Of a DNA stretch of 64,000 nt, positions 63,267 to 64,000 are shown piece after piece. The position numbers were made by a program, and so were the translations under genes. The notes under the pieces were generated by a model, which saw only the letters and a list, made by a program, of their open reading frames with translations, ran no database searches and was not told where the DNA came from. How positions within the stretch are numbered: position 1 is the first letter of the stretch; every line of letters starts with the position of its first letter. This DNA is from Caecitellus pseudoparvulus (taxonomy: Eukaryota > Protista > Bigyra: Bicosoecida): positions 300,175 to 364,174 of the forward strand of contig CBFFRQ010000079.1 of assembly GCA_965644315.1 (NCBI GenBank). The letters run 5' to 3'.

Positions 63267-63486
63267 GATGATGAAGCAATGGTTTCGGGCAAGCAGTGGT
63301 GCAGCGTCCAGCCGGAGCCGCACTTAGCACTGCGTGGGGAGCGTGGCGTGCGGAAATCGCACTGCTGCTCACCCGCGCACCCAATGCAATGCACTAGCGC
63401 TGTGCAACACCACACTTGGGTGCACGAGCGCCTGGATTAGGCATTGTTAGCAATGCACAACCTATGATTAGGTTGACATTTGGAAA

Positions 63487-64000
63487 GTTAGGGTTAGGGT
63501 TAGGGTTAGGGTTAGGGTTAGGGTTAGGGTTAGGGTTAGGGTTAGGGTTAGGGTTAGGGTTAGGGTTAGGGTTAGGGTTAGGGTTAGGGTTAGGGTTAGG
63601 GTTAGGGTTAGGGTTAGGGTTAGGGTTAGGGTTAGGGTTAGGGTTAGGGTTAGGGTTAGGGTTAGGGTTAGGGTTAGGGTTAGGGTTAGGGTTAGGGTTA
63701 GGGTTAGGGTTAGGGTTAGGGTTAGGGTTAGGGTTAGGGTTAGGGTTAGGGTTAGGGTTAGGGTTAGGGTTAGGGTTAGGGTTAGGGTTAGGGTTAGGGT
63801 TAGGGTTAGGGTTAGGGTTAGGGTTAGGGTTAGGGTTAGGGTTAGGGTTAGGGTTAGGGTTAGGGTTAGGGTTAGGGTTAGGGTTAGGGTTAGGGTTAGG
63901 GTTAGGGTTAGGGTTAGGGTTAGGGTTAGGGTTAGGGTTAGGGTTAGGGTTAGGGTTAGGGTTAGGGTTAGGGTTAGGGTTAGGGTTAGGGTTAGGGTTA
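63487..64000 (+). repeat. Distal telomeric array G(TTAGGG)85TTA, running to the window end (probable chromosome terminus)
   Basis: Perfect TTAGGG repeats from 63488 to the last base, in the same orientation as the proximal array. Confidence 0.98.

Larger units (their letters stand above)
55899..63486 (-). mobile_element. Non-LTR (LINE, APE-type) retrotransposon, 7,588 bp, inserted in telomeric repeats
   Basis: Bounded on both sides by TTAGGG arrays. The minus strand encodes ORF1, an APE endonuclease, an RT and a CCHC knuckle in canonical order, with a ~220-nt 5' UTR and a ~820-nt 3' UTR. Confidence 0.92.

Noticed and set aside
63320-63365. HDV-like ribozyme suggested by CCGCAC...GCTAA-GTGCGG on the minus strand
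   Set aside because: Only ~20 nt lie between the putative P2 strands, too few for P3, P1, P1.1 and P4.
55899-63486. Penelope/Athena element, telomerase gene or LTR element as the identity of the insert
   Set aside because: APE motifs, a LINE-type RT (QG..LSP.LF, YADD, YLG) and a C-terminal CCHC are present. No GIY-YIG, TERT motifs, integrase or terminal repeats were seen.
1-64000. CRISPR arrays, tRNA/rRNA genes, prokaryotic operons
   Set aside because: No repeat-spacer structure or recognisable structural RNA gene was seen; introns, telomeres and gene content are eukaryotic.

Overview
GC-rich, very compact eukaryotic (protist, possibly stramenopile) sequence that runs into a chromosome end. 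Positions 1-26.7 kb hold eight tightly packed genes, several with short GT-AG introns: TSR1 (5'-partial), a MOCS2A/MOCS2B pair separated by 3 nt, an EndoIII-type HhH-GPD glycosylase, SAS10/UTP3, a degenerate GATase-like protein, a CX5R-phosphatase/calcyphosin fusion and a ~3,800-aa cadherin/IPT nine-TM protein. A giant ~8,700-aa multi-TM/five-SPRY gene starts at ~28774 and is cut mid-frame at ~55025 by a perfect (TTAGGG)144 array; its frame reads on as (Leu-Gly)145. Between that array and a second TTAGGG array running to the window end lies a 7,588-bp non-LTR retrotransposon (55899-63486, minus strand: ORF1, APE endonuclease, RT with YADD, CCHC knuckle). It sits exactly at TTAGG^GTTAGGG, has no poly(A) tail, has its 3' end facing inward and has a hairpin-rich 5' UTR. 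The best candidate for a new system is this telomere-repeat-targeted LINE together with the apparently healed chromosome break inside a coding sequence. The element's ORF2 has many frameshifts, either from decay or from consensus errors. All family assignments are by-eye motif recognition; no database search was run.
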